Below are positions 24,273 to 36,998 of a DNA stretch of 64,000 bases, piece after piece (positions within the stretch are counted from its first letter, which is position 1; each line of letters begins with the position of its first letter). Made by a program: the position numbers and the translations under genes. This DNA comes from Podarcis tiliguerta (lineage: Eukaryota). The stretch lies in the NCBI GenBank assembly GCA_965153285.1, contig OZ229116.1; one strand, 5' to 3'. Below the pieces are notes generated by a model. It was not told where the DNA came from, made no database searches, and saw only the letters and a program-made list of their open reading frames with translations.

Positions 24273-25926
24273 TACATGTATTCCTGGCTTTGCATGTAAC
24301 ATTGAAAACACTGTGAGGATACTGGTATGTTCAGTAGTTCTTGATACTAAGTGGCTAGTTAATGAAAGCAAAAATCCAATTACTTGGCTCAAAGCATTCT
24401 ATTCCAAGATAGTATGCCTCTTCCAGAGTCTCATACTGAACTACTTGAACTAAACTGATCTATTCAACCCCCCCCCCCCAATTTATTATTTGCCTAAAAC
24501 GATTAGCTCAGTAACTATGTATTTAATTGCACAGGAGTACCTTTCAGGTATGATAAGATGCACACAATCCTGTAAACCAAGCCACTGCCTCAGTTTTGAT
24601 TTAACACAATTTTACTTGCTTGTACTGCTCACAAATAATTAACCATGGTTAGAAGGTCACAAATAGCCTTCTAAAATTGGACCCTTTGTTATGACACCTT
24701 CCCCATAAAAGGATATTTGAAGAAAAAGATGCCCTCTCTGACACTACAAACGGGATTATATGGTATACTTTTAAATGGGTTGTGAACATTTTATACACTT
24801 AGCCGAAAGATAAATTATTCATGCACACTAAGAGTATTGTGCAGTTTGGAAATGCAGTGTTGGATGAATTGCAAGACATAGTAATAAAAGGTAATACCGC
24901 CATCTAGTGTGTCAAATTAGAACAGACCAAAATAATTCTACTTGATCTGAAGATACACCTTGTTTTGTCAGAATTATAATTGTTGGTCGGAAGGAAATAC
25001 ATACGTACTACAAATTTTCAGAATTGAAAATTTTGCAAAACAACTTAAACACCAACTTTTGTTTTGTGATCTTATACAAATATTATGTTCTGCAATCATG
25101 CTAAACATTAAATCTTCAAAACTGGTTAGGGGCTCATCTATAGCTGTACCAAAACACTCCCTGAATATCATTGTCCCATTCACAACCTACAAATTTGGGT
25201 GCCATTTCTCCACTTTCCAGAGGGGAGGGTATGTGCTGAAATTCACTCTTTGCTTTAAGCAGTCATGTCACTCTATTCTTTTTTTTTTTAGTCGAAACCA
25301 TTATTCCCCCCCCCAAAAAAAAAGTACCTTCAAATAATAATTTTGGGTTTCATTGCATAGAATTGGAAATAGGTGATAATGATGGAACAAGCAGTATTTT
25401 AAAGCATCCATTAAACTTGATAGCTGGGCATTGTCTGAATTCTGAGATGTTAGAAATGCTGTAGTCTTCCGTGCAAATCGAAAAGCTATGAAGGGAAAAT
25501 GCTGAAACAGGCTCTTGTCTGATATGCCGTCCTTTCTTGACAGCTTGCTGGAATAAAAAGCAAAGATTGCTCAAGCTGCTATTTTTAAAAGGGCCAGCAT
25601 ATTTTAATTTGACGTTAGTGTATGTGAAAGATGCCAGACTGACAGTATTCCAGGCTGAGGTCAGTACCTATGGAAGGGAAATAGCCAGGCTGGCAGTGGC
25701 CTTCTTCTTTTCCTTTTACTCCTTTGACTCCTTTGGGTTTTTGCAGTTACCCAAAGGAGAGCAATGTTGCTTGGTCCCTTGGTCCCTCTTTTGTCAGCTG
25801 ATGCAGAAAGGTTGCTTGTGTTACTAAATACTCCCCCCCCCCCACTCATCATCTCTTCAGTACATTAAAATGCAATACCCATTGCTTTCTGATCAAATAA
25901 AGAACCACCCCACTTCATAGAAGGGA

Positions 25927-26065
25927 ATCATAGAAGTGTAGAGTTGGAAGGGACCACAAGGGCCATCTAGTCCAACTCCCTGCAATGCAGGAATCTTTTA
26001 CCCAACATGGGGCTCGAACTCACAACCCTGAGACCAACAGTCTCATGCTCTACCAACTGAGCTAT
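25927..26065 (-). mobile_element. Short SINE: tRNA-Lys-derived head with CR1-type tail
   Basis: Homologous to 13386-13510. Confidence 0.8.
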
Positions 26066-27334
26066 CTCTCAGGACTCTCCCACTTCTCTGAGCAAGAAAT
26101 AAAACCCTAGTTGGGGCGATGCAGATAAGTTCAGTTGGTTTTCTGTTGGTCTAATGGTGCTGTTGGATGGCGTTCTGTCAAAAGTAAGTGGCTGCTGTTC
26201 ACTCTTATTGTGAAATGCAGAGTATCTGTGGGGAGAAGACAACAAGGAGATCCATGGTTTGAGACAGGAGGACGCGAATGCTGGATGGATGTTATGGGCA
26301 GAAGAGGGAGAGCAAGAGGAATATTGGAGAGAGGAGAGTTCCAGAGAAAGCTTTGCAGGGAGTAGTGCTGAGGTGAAGAAGCCCAGTTCAATAGAACTCC
26401 TAGTCAGCTAGGGCTCTCTGCATTGTGTGGGCAAGAAACCTCAATGGGAATTAAGTCGGTGCATACAGTTTTGATAGTCAGATGAAAACTTTTCGTATTG
26501 GGGCATTAGAAGGGTCATGCAGACAAGGTATGGAAACCATGGATGTCTGCCTGGTTTTCATGTTGTTTGGAAGGAGGGTTGTGTTGGGGGTGTGTGTTTC
26601 TGTTGCTGCTGTTGGTTTTTTTTTTATCTTTATATTTTGTTGTGATTTATGTGGAAATTGCTCAGTTTGGTTGTGTATTTAATGTTTTATTTATTGTTTA
26701 TAAATACTTTAGTTACGTTGTAGTTATGGGTTTTGTAATGTTGTAAACCACCTTGAGGGGGGTTTGAACTGTGGAAAGGTGGCATCCAAATAAAATTAGG
26801 TATGTATGTATGGTTCCTAATTCAGCTAAAGATAACCAGACAGCATAAGGGGAAGTTAATGCATCGCTTAGCTTCATATTGAGAACCTTCATTTTGGAAA
26901 TTTATAAAACCAGTACTGTACTGCTGAGGCAAAGGGTGTTGGGATGGTGATGTGGGTGCCTTCCTTCAAAGTTTTTCTTTTTCTTTTAATTCCTCCTGTG
27001 TGGTTTGAATTGTCTGTGGGCAATTCTTGGTGAGAGGAAGGAGAACCAGGTGCAGGGGGTGCAATTCATCTGTGTGACTGATGAGTGGCCGCCTGCCTTG
27101 TTATTCTGTCAGTGAATGGTTTCATTGTCTCCCTAGTTTTTGCAGTACACTTTTGTGCAGTGGAAGGACTTGACTGGTGAAAGTGGTTGGTGATTGAGTG
27201 TGAGTATTGGAATCACTGAGTGGATGGCGCCTTTGTGCATATTGGTGGGTATGAATGAGGTGTGGGTGTAGGTTGGGAAAGTGATACTGAATAAGTAGTA
27301 GGTATCATTGACTTGTGTCGATGTAAGGCAACAC

Positions 27335-27607
27335 AGCTCCTGTCAACCTAGCAGTTTGAAAGCACCCCAAAAAGTGCATGTAGATAAATAGGTACTGCTC
27401 CGGCGGGAAGGTAAACAGTGTTTCTGTGCGCTCCTCTGGTTTTGGTGTTCCGTTGCGCCAGAAATGGCTTAGTCATGCTGGCCACATGACCTGGAAAAAC
27501 TGTCTGCAGACAAACGCCGGCTTCCTGGGCCTGTAAAGCGAGATGAACGCTGCAACCCCAGAGTCGTCTGCAACTGGACTTAACTGTCGGTCCTTTACCT
27601 TTACCTT
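27335..27607 (+). mobile_element. Sauria SINE, 5'-truncated
   Basis: Body and CCTTTACCTTTACCTT tail. Perfect 11-bp TSD taaggcaacac at 27324-27334 and 27608-27618. Confidence 0.9.
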
Positions 27608-27919
27608 TAAGGCAACACTTGAGTGTGATGTGTAGTATTTGGTGAGTCAGGATGTGCCTTGGTAAGAGGAGGGCTGAAGGGGGAAGGGAACCATGATTCT
27701 AAAGGTGTTTCAGATACGGTGCCATGTTTTTGTTCTTTCAGATTTTATTATTTTATTTTATTGCATTGCATTGTACCCTAATTTCTGAGTTATATATATC
27801 ATGTTATTTGTAAATTGCTTAGAGACTGTATTAAGCTGTTAAGAAATATATTTAACAAAACTAAAATACAAAGGATTGTAAAGCAAAATCCATACAAACC
27901 TCAGTTTGCTTTGCCTTAG

Positions 27920-28109
27920 GACCACCACACCAGGAGAGACAAAATTGTTGGCTTCTGAAATCTATGATATTCTTCAGTCTTCCACAATGTCCGACGTTGA
28001 CAATGTGAACGAGATGAATTCACGGCGCCGGAAAGCTCAGTTTTTTCTGGGAAGTACAAATAAACGTGCTAAAACAGTCGTGTTACACATAGATGGCCTT
28101 GATGATTCG
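27920..28109 (+). CDS. ARMC1: ARMC1 coding exon 3 ([19 protein letters not shown]...[16 protein letters not shown])
   Basis: Acceptor ttgccttag|G and donor TCG|gtaaga; 190 nt, phase-compatible. Confidence 0.96.
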
Positions 28110-30761
28110 GTAAGAAAAGGGTGTTTTGGGGCATACAATGCACACTTATGTATCAAGGTGTGTGAAGGGCACCTTGTTTTCTGTAAGCATTCCTTGAGTT
28201 TACAGCTTAGACTGCTCTGTACTAAATGCCATAAACATAATAACATTTATGAAGTCTGTACCAATGTCTTAGATGTCGATAACTTGTAGGAGTTGATCTT
28301 AGTAGAATTTACTGTGCATCAGAATTTACTGATGCAAAACGTTAAATACCCCCAAGAAGCTGACAGTAGAAAGGTCACATTAAATAATTGACTGCATTAA
28401 GTTTGGACATCAGAACATCACAAGCTGCCTTCTTCTGAGTCAGATCATTGGTCCCTCTAGTTTAGTACTGTTTGCACTGATGGGCAGCATCTCTCCAGGG
28501 TCTCCCAGTAGCAGTCATCCCTACCGCTACCCAACAAGTGATACTTTATACTGGAAAAGGTTGATCAACCTAGCCATCAGATGAATGGTAATCCCCCCCC
28601 CCCCCGGTGTTTTTTCTTCTTCACATCATGAGACATTCATAACAATTTATCAACTTCCCATTGTTCAAGCCTAAGGAAATGTTGAATTTTCTTAGCCTGC
28701 TCTTCCTAACATCTTTTCTCATTGCCTGAGATTTCTCTTGGCTATTGGATAACTGTTGTAATAATGAGGTCTCAGTGGATTCTCCATGCAATGTCAGAAT
28801 AACTTCTATAAATTTATCCTCCATTCCCCTGTAGATAACACCCCAGGGTCATGTTTGCCTTTTTATGGCTGCCAAGCAGCATGCAAGGCTGTTTGAGCAT
28901 GTTATCCACAAGTGCCCTCAGGTCTCTGTTTCAGTTTTGTAGCCTTTAAAATTATCTAACCTGATCTTCTGCTGCACTGGCTTACATTTGTTCGGGGGTG
29001 GGGGGCCTAAGTAAGCCTTTTAAGAGAACCAGGTCTGTATATAGATCCCATCTTCTTTAATAAAGTCAGTGGCTGTTAATCGGATGAATAATGAGCATAT
29101 GCATACCCTTGCTTTCCCAGAGTTACCTTCCTCCTCTTCTTGCCACCACCATTTTGCTCTCTCCTTATATTTCTCCCCTCCTCTGCCCGACCCGCTTCTT
29201 TAAGCCAGGTTTAATCAGTTCCAGTAGTCTTGTCCTTATTATGTTTACTGACTTGGTAGCTCATTTGTTTGCCCATCACTGTCTCTAAAGCTTCTCTAAA
29301 AGCCAGAAAAATGCTGCCTGTTTCTGTTTTGCCTGCCAATTTAAATACGCGTTACCACTGTAAATGGTCTGTGGTCAGCATATCTCAAAGCTGCCTGTAT
29401 TGCTCTCCTAAAACAATGCTAATGCAGATCCTTGCAGTTTTACTCCTCTCTGTTTAGGTAAAGCTGCTTGTTTCTGGTAGCCAGCATGCAGTAAGAAATG
29501 TAGACATACTTAATTTGGAGGGCTTCTTTAGCTGCTGATGGCCTGGCAGCATATTCCTTCAAGAGCAAAAAGGGGCAAATGTGTATTAAAGTTTATTTGG
29601 TTTTTTAAGCTGTCCTCAAAACCTTCTCTGCTCTTAGGGAGATTTTTACTTGATTTTTAGTTTGTGCACAGCATGCCATTTCAGTCTACAAAGGGCAATG
29701 AAAAACACTGTTTGTAAATCATTTTGACCTCCAAGTGCTATCTTAAACTATAGTCAGCACTTGCAGCAGTTCTGAGTTTCAGGTAGGTGCTTCTAACATG
29801 GGCACCTACATTCATCCGTGAAATGTAAGCTATCTTTCAAGTGTAGAAATAATAACAACAGCAACAACAACAACTGGGATAATCATGTTCTTTTTGCCTC
29901 TTTTTCTTAAGATTTTAGGCAGTTAAAAAACCCCGGAAGAACAAGCAAGCAAGCAAATGCAAACCCTAAAGGACAATAATAACTGAACAGCTGTACTTCG
30001 TTTTTCACAGAAATGATACTAATTGGTCTCTCTTGTGAAATCTTATGTAATTACTGTCTAAAGCTCTATGTATATCCCAGCAATATACTTTAGTGGGCAT
30101 GAACATTTTGTCACCACTCCTGCTTGCCCTGTCATCTCATAATCACCACCATAATTTGTTTTGTATGCTGCCTTTCCATAGTTAAAACCATGGTCAAGGC
30201 AGCTCGCAACGTGAAAAGATTTGCATAATTACAAGCATAACAAAAATAATCAAACAATAAATTAAACGCATCAAAAAGTGCACAGCCATAATTGAACCAT
30301 TTCCACATAAATCATTATAAAATGTAAAAATTAATATAATATCAATAACAGTCACAACAACCCCTAAACAATACTGGTGTGTGTGTGTGTGTGTGTGTAG
30401 AGGACTGTTCTTTCTCATAAATACAGACTTCCAATGCATAGTCAGGTGTATCTGCATGTTACTCTTGAGGCAGAAACCCTGATAAAATTCAGCAGTTTGA
30501 CTTAATCTTGCCAAACATGAACTTGTTGGATTTTAGTTCATTTTTCTTCCAGCCTCCGTATAGAGGATGAACTTGGTGTTGGTTATCTAAGCCCCAGTTA
30601 CACCCCGGCTAGGTCACTGTAATGATGCTCTCTGTATGGGGCTGCTTTGAAGCAGAAAACACAACTTGAAAATCGGAGCACATTTGACTAATCTTATTTC
30701 ACCTGTGTTGGCCTGATGTACATGCTGAAGTTTTATATATTGTTTCAATGGGTGTATTCTC

Positions 30762-30948
30762 TGGTTCAGTGGTAGAACACCTGTTTCCCATGTAGAAGAT
30801 CTCAGCTGCAGCCTCTGGCATGTCCAGGTAGGGCTGGGAATGTGTCTTGCCTGAAACCCTGGCGAGCCACTGACACTCGGTGTAGATAATACTGAGCTAG
30901 CAGATGCACCAATGGTATGACTCTGTTTGATGCATCTTCCTATGTTCC
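30762..30948 (+). mobile_element. tRNA-derived squamate SINE (Squam2-like)
   Basis: GGTTCAGTGGTAGAACAC head, CCAGGTAGGGCTGGGA...GCCTGAAACCCTGG body and CTTCCTATGTTCC tail. Confidence 0.65.
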
Positions 30949-32132
30949 ACTGTGGTTTCCAGTTCTCATGTAATGTCAGACCATAGTTTGATACTACTTA
31001 TGAATGAGTCTCATGTTTGTGTGCTCCCCACATCTTGTGTTGTTTGTGAGGAGACTGGGAGTTCCCCATAAGGTATGGAGTTGGATTTGTACTTTGGCTA
31101 AACTTAGTTTTACAAACGGACTAGGCTCTGAAACCATGGTTTGATCCTTTCTTGCTCTTAAAGGAACCTGCATCCCCAGATTTGGATGCAATGGGAAACT
31201 GGTGGCTATGCAAAATAAGAGGAGGAGGGAAGTGTGTGAGCCTGAGGCTTGTGTAGGCTTGTTAATATGGGAAAAACCATGGCTTCCTGTAACATCTGAG
31301 CCACCCTGCTGCCTTAGCCATAAACCCTGGGAGCTAGGCTTGAGGAGGGAGATAAGAATGCAGTGCTGGTTGAGAAGAATGTGTTCGTGTCGTAAGACAG
31401 CAAGCAAGCAGCTCATATACATGATTATGTAGGCCAGGCTGTGTTTCATATTGCGCTTGTGGTAGTTCTAAGAGGCCACTTATTTGTATGCTGATGTCTT
31501 TGAGACACTCAGTAAATGCATGGAAGCACGCTGAGCTAACGTAGAGCAGGTGCAACTAGCACAGGTCAGTGTCGTGTTGTTGCACAGTAGGCCCTGTCAC
31601 TTGCTTTAAACGTAACCGTTCACTTGTGTGTTTTGTGAGCGGACATTTTCCTTTGCAATCAGAGTTCAGTTTGTGCAGTGCAGTGATGTCCATGAGCTGC
31701 CACAGATGAGGTAGCTGAAGGATACAACAGCTGCTTTGATGCATTCAGTCAGTATGGATACAAGGTGTCTGATAAATAGCAACTTAAACACTAACTGCTC
31801 ATCAATGAGCATTGCAGTCAGTCAGAACTTAACCACAGGGGACTGTTTAGCTGATCATACGGAGAAAAGCTTGCTTTGCTTTTCAGCACTTTCCCCTCAT
31901 TATTCACAGTTGATTCCATTCTGGTTTGTCGTCAAAATGTAGGCAGGAATGATGTTTTTAAATTCTCTTATGGCTAAATTCAGAGCCATTCCCTCTCCTC
32001 TTTTAAAATATATATATATTAAAAAGCATCATTCTGCTTCAATTCATGTGTCTTGTTTCTTAACTGATCTGTGTTTAACATACGCAATTATTTATTAGGT
32101 GTTTGCAAATAACTGGTGCCGTTAATTTTTAG

Positions 32133-32249
32133 TCTCGGAGAAACCTTTGCGAAGAGGCCTTGCTGAAGATTAAAGGGGTCATCAGCTTCACGTTTCAAAT
32201 GGCAGTTCAAAGATGTGTAGTCCGAATCAGATCAGATTTGAAAGCAGAG
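32133..32249 (+). CDS. ARMC1: ARMC1 coding exon 4 ([39 protein letters not shown])
   Basis: Acceptor aatttttag|TCT and donor GAG|gtaagg; 117 nt. Confidence 0.95.
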
Positions 32250-32349
32250 GTAAGGTTTGCAGCCGTTTGCCTTTTACATTCTTCTGACGCTGAGTAATGA
32301 CTTACTCACCTGCTCTTCTTTTCTGTTTTTCCATTTTCTTGTTGTATAG

Positions 32350-32424
32350 GCACTGGCAACAGCAATAGCATCAACCAAAGTTATGAAAGCCCAGCAAGTT
32401 GTGAAAAGTGAAAGTGGAGAAGAG
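32350..32424 (+). CDS. ARMC1: ARMC1 coding exon 5 ([25 protein letters not shown])
   Basis: Acceptor tgttgtatag|GCA and donor GAG|gtgaga; 75 nt. The preceding intron is only 100 nt. Confidence 0.95.
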
Positions 32425-33183
32425 GTGAGAGAACGCTTCGTAATTTAGAACGCAAGCCTGTTGGTAGCGTTGGCAATTAAAGAAAAGGAATTAAATGCAA
32501 TTGGTCTATTCTTTGGGTGCAGCAATAATCCCACTGTCTGAACATACATGAAATTGTATGCAGATGTGGCTTTTTGGGGGATGTGTGTGTGTGCGTCGTC
32601 TCCTTTAATTTCTATTTTGAATCCAAGGCATGTTGTATCTATGCAATGTAAGCAGCAGTGTGTTCATACAGGGCGCCTCACTTCCTGAAACAAGAGAAAG
32701 CTGCTTCTTTTGTGGAGCTTTTATGCCAACTGTACATGGAAAATCTGGTAGAAGTTGAAAGTGTGTCATAGGTTTAGCATTGTAGAATATTGATTTCAGT
32801 TAGCAAGAGGTGCAAAATAGCCTTACGTAATGAAGGCATTAATGTCATGTTGCTAAGAGCGTTTGCAATCTTCTGAATTACAGTGATTATATTAAGCACA
32901 AACGTTTCGGAAACTCAAATTAATTACACAGGTCTCCAAGAGCTTGGTCTAAAGCCTGCTATAATGTAGGTGAACTCTTCCCATTGGTTGAGGAGCATGC
33001 TTATCAGGAAGTGAATGGAGGAGTTACTTTGTTCAGACCTATAAAGTTATCTTGCATGTCACAGTTCCTAGATTTGCTAAAACTCTGAACTATGTCTAAA
33101 ACAGCAGTTGCATGAATGAGTGATGCTGAGCTTCGCAGCAAGGTCAGATTGGGTAAAAGGACTTTCTGGATCCCATTAAACAG

Positions 33184-33375
33184 ATGCTGGTTCCATTCCA
33201 AGATACTCCTGTAGAAGTGGAGCAGAATACCGACCTCCCTGAGTATCTGCCAGAAGATGAAAGCCCTTCAAAGGAGCAAGACAAAGCAGTGTCCCGGGTT
33301 GGATCACACCCAGAAGGTGCCGCCAGCTGGCTGAGCTCAGCTGCAAACTTTCTCTCCAGATCCTTCTACTGGTGA
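33184..33375 (+). CDS. ARMC1: ARMC1 last coding exon ([14 protein letters not shown]...SRSFYW*)
   Basis: Acceptor aaacag|ATG and stop TGA at 33373-33375. C-terminus [16 protein letters not shown]. Confidence 0.96.
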   Translation: MLVPFQDTPVEVEQNTDLPEYLPEDESPSKEQDKAVSRVGSHPEGAASWLSSAANFLSRSFYW

Positions 33376-35520
33376 CTTTGAGTCAAGGCTTACAGGACTG
33401 TGTGAACCAACAGGGGGCCAGTTTTCCATTGGTGTGGTGAACTGCCAAGTGCAATTTGCAATAAGTTATCACAACAGATTTTTAGACTACACAAAACATA
33501 TGCTGTCTTTTACATTTTGTTGGACTTTTGGTCTTTCAGGCCGGTGAGAAAGATGGAGGCATTTGTTAATGCCCTTGCCCTCACCTCTCTTCTCATATGT
33601 TTTATTGCCTCACTTTTTAATATGGGTCCATGATTAACCAAACTTCGTTGAGTGTATAGAGCTTTAAGTTAATATTAGTGATAAACACATACAGAACCCA
33701 TCCAGTACAAATCTCAGGACATCTATACAAGGAAATTATTAGCCCTTAATTTTGCATAGATTGGAATGCCTTTTTTTCTTTTTCTTTTTGCCTTATTTCA
33801 AATTAGATATTTCCCCTGGAAGGTCATTCTAATGGGGGGGAAACCTGAATTGTTTACCATTTATTCCCTTCCCCATCACACTTGGTTCAGAGCTGGTATG
33901 TCATCATTCCACTTGGTGCATTGCAACAAGAATGATTCAAACTTGAACTTTACAGCCCTTGATGTGCTGGGATTTTTGTTTTTGTTCTAAACTGTCAGCC
34001 CTTGACCACTCGCAATTTGAACATTAGTAAATAAATGAAGGTGGAAATGTGAACGTGTAAGTAAATAATCTGTAAAAAAAAAAAATGCTTGTAATGATGC
34101 CTATGACTTTGTAAATATGATCAGAAACCACTGATTGCAATTTAGGTTGGATAAAGAAGCTCTGGTTTCAAAAGTTGCAACCTGTTCCAGTGACATCTTG
34201 GTTGCAGAATTTGTCTGTGGTAGAAAGTGTGATGTTGGCCTTACTCTGATATTGTTTTCAATTGGTTTAATGAGAGCTAAAAATGTAACATAGTGGCCAG
34301 TGGGTGGGTGGGAGGGAATAAAATGCCTAATATGCCATTGTGCCACTGCCCTACAATCTAGACTTTTGTCGCTTGGTGGAAATTTCATGTATAATCCCAG
34401 TTGCCTTTTATGCTTCTCAGTTCCACCTTTATACCCTTTGGACAACCATTATGAAATATGGAGCAATCCAAAAATAGTTTGTGAAGCGTGGAGCAGGGCA
34501 AAAGCCAGCATGTGCCTGATGCCCAGAGGGGGGTGGGCATCCTGGAAAAAAGTCCTTGTAAGTGCACTCACCTAGTCTAGACAACAAGGAAACCTGCACC
34601 TGGAGAATTGGCTTCACTTGGCGATCTCGCAGACAATTAAGGTGCTTGGACCATTACATCTTGTCTCTGCCTAGCTTTCAGAAAGGATCATGCAAGTAAA
34701 TATTCAGTAGGCAAAATATTAAGCATAGCAATTAGGTTACTGAAATATTGTCTGGGATTTTTCTCAGTGCATTAGAAAACCTTGTACACAACTTGTACGC
34801 ACCACAGGAATACAGCTGTGACACTGCAATGCTACCCTAGAGTTGATTCTGCAGTGCTTCTTTTTGTGGTGTGATCCATACGAATTTTTACTTAAATCAG
34901 TGACGTACACGTATCAAGGCAGTGCTTTTGCCCCTTTGGAGGTCTTATCTCTGTGTCTTGCACAGTAGCAGTAATTAAGTAGCATCAAGACGCTTATTAG
35001 TAAAAACAAAATGGCAGGGGGAAGTGTAAAGTTCCAGTGACAAATAAAAGTTCTCATAAATTCAGCCTACTTTTGAGATAAAGAGCTTACTTTCAGATTT
35101 TATTATTTCTATTTTTTAACGTACCTAGTTTATTTGGTTGAAGTTTACACGCACAGAATACAAGCTTTCTAAGGCATGTATTGTATTAAATATGTATTTC
35201 GAAGCATATTGCTGTCTAGAATGTTACAGTACCAAACGTGTTTGCAAAGCCCTCTGTTGTGTAGCCATGGATACAATGTTTACTTTTTGTTTTAACATCT
35301 CTCTCTCTCTGTGCAATTTGCATTGCCGCACACCAACTGCACTACCTGACACACCCCTTTGGATATTAATGGTTCAGTACAAGTAGATATTAAAACTTGT
35401 GTAATCAATCTGTAGGTATATATATTTTTTCCTTTGGTCAGTATTGCAGCTCTCCCAGTTAAAGCATCTATAAAAGAGCTTTGGAAATACTGTAAAATAA
35501 AAGTGTAATATAATGAACTG
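33376..35520 (+). other. ARMC1: ARMC1 3' UTR with candidate poly(A) signals
   Basis: No recognisable repeats in this AT-rich stretch. AATAAA at 34030, 35043 and 35496; ATTAAA at 35389. Transposon content resumes at about 35570. The true end is unknown. Confidence 0.6.
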
Positions 35521-35568
35521 GCATTCCTCTAGTTTTATAAGAGTTTTTAAGGGTTTTTGTCTCTAGAG

Positions 35569-35693
35569 CAGGAATGGGGAACCTGTGGCCATCCAGATAT
35601 TGCTGGATCACAGCTCCAGTCATCCTCTCCGTTAGCGACACTTTTTGGGACTACAGGGAGAATATCTGGGTGGCCACAGAGTCTCCATCCCTT
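35569..35693. mobile_element. Short palindromic hAT-type MITE (CAGGGATGGGGAACCTGTGG family)
   Basis: Imperfect TIRs. Family copies also near 2835-2950, 39138-39265, 45810-45910 and 61033-61168, and one split by the LTR at 40.3-40.9 kb. Confidence 0.6.
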
Positions 35694-35922
35694 TCTTTAA
35701 AGCTGGTGCTTTTTGCTTTCAGAATTCATAAGGATCAAAATGTGCTCATGGTCACAATTGAGGGAGCAGGACTGCAGCTTGTATTGGGGGTGCCTGTGTA
35801 TTGATAACGAGAAACTATTATTATCCATGGAAGTAGAGTTCAGGTTGCCATGTCCGTGGATGCAAGCTACAGAACGCTGCTTGTTAGCAGAAACAAGGTA
35901 TGGGTTCTAGTATATGGTATAT

Positions 35923-36173
35923 GGGGCCAGTGTGGTGTAGTGGTTAAGAGCGGTAGTCTCGTAATCTGGGGAACCGGGTTCGCGTCTCCGCTCCTCCACA
36001 TGCAGCTGCTGGGTGACCTTGGGCTAGTCACACTTCTTTGAAGTCTCTCAGCCCCACTCACCTCACAGAGTGTTTGTTGTGGGGGAGGAAGGGAAAGGAG
36101 AATGTCAGCCGCTTTGAGACTCCTTAAAAAGGGAGTGAAAGGCGGGATATCAAATCCAAACTCCTCTTCTCTT
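35923..36173 (+). mobile_element. tRNA-derived SINE (Squam3-like), near full length
   Basis: Box A TGGTGTAGTGG (35933-35943), box B-like GGTTCGCGTCT (35977-35987), CORE-like GCTGGGTGACCTTGGGCTAGTCAC and a CT-rich tail. Confidence 0.8.
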
Positions 36174-36791
36174 ATTATATGAGACTTGATTCAGCTCTAC
36201 TACTTACTATTCCATTGTTGAAGGCCTTGTCCCCTTGCCCTTGGCCCCTTATTATGATGTCATGATTGGTATCAAAACGCTATCGGTTTTCTTTATTCTT
36301 CCAAAAGTCAGATTACTCCATTTAATTTGCTAGGGAATGTGTATTCTGGTTAGATGCAATGTCCTATTTTTAATAGCTCCAAATCTCTGTGTGTCAGAGT
36401 TGAAATTTCTCAGCATTCCTCTTAAGCCCTATTCTTATGTATTCTTATCAATTGACAAGCACAAAGTCTTGGTTTTATTTTTGGCTCCCTCTTTACTCCC
36501 CCCCCCCCCCATATTTAGCCTGTAACCAACTCTTGATTTTCCAATATTGCAGAAATGCAACCTTTCCACCCCTCTCAGCAAAAGCCAACCTTCACACTAG
36601 TCCTCTCTCACCTGGATTACTGCAACGGTCTGCACTCTCATCTTCTATTCTTGTATGTCATCCCACAAAGTTTTCCTTCCAAAGCTGCTTTCTGGGAGGC
36701 ATCATATTTTAAAATAAAAAAGTCTCCATATTGGGGTTCACTCTTTTTCTTTTAAATTCATCTTGAAAATTCATACATGTTCTGCCAATGC

Positions 36792-36808
36792 TGCACTAGA
36801 TGGCAGCA
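36792..36808 (+). promoter_or_regulatory. CTCF-like motif
   Basis: TGCACTAGATGGCAGCA is close to the CTCF core consensus. Binding is not demonstrated. Confidence 0.45.
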
Positions 36809-36967
36809 TAGAAATATTATTGTAGAAACTCAGTATCTGAGAAAGAGACTGGACTGCAAGCTTTTGAATTGCACTTAGTTTTGATTTTTGGATGCATGAT
36901 GATTTATCCTGGCATTTTGCAATATGTAGATTAGCAGCAGGATAGGCCTATGAACTGATGGACTACT

Positions 36968-36998
<31 letters not shown>

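Larger units (their letters stand above)
21186..33375 (+). other. ARMC1: ARMC1 coding span (6 coding exons, 279 aa armadillo repeat-containing protein 1)
   Basis: Exons of 174+92+190+117+75+192 nt join in frame, all with GT-AG introns. Protein runs [41 protein letters not shown]...[16 protein letters not shown]. Confidence 0.97.

Noticed and set aside
33373-33381. Stop-codon readthrough at ARMC1 TGA-C
   Set aside because: The context is TGA CTT, not the TGA CTA G motif, and a second in-frame TGA follows after one codon.
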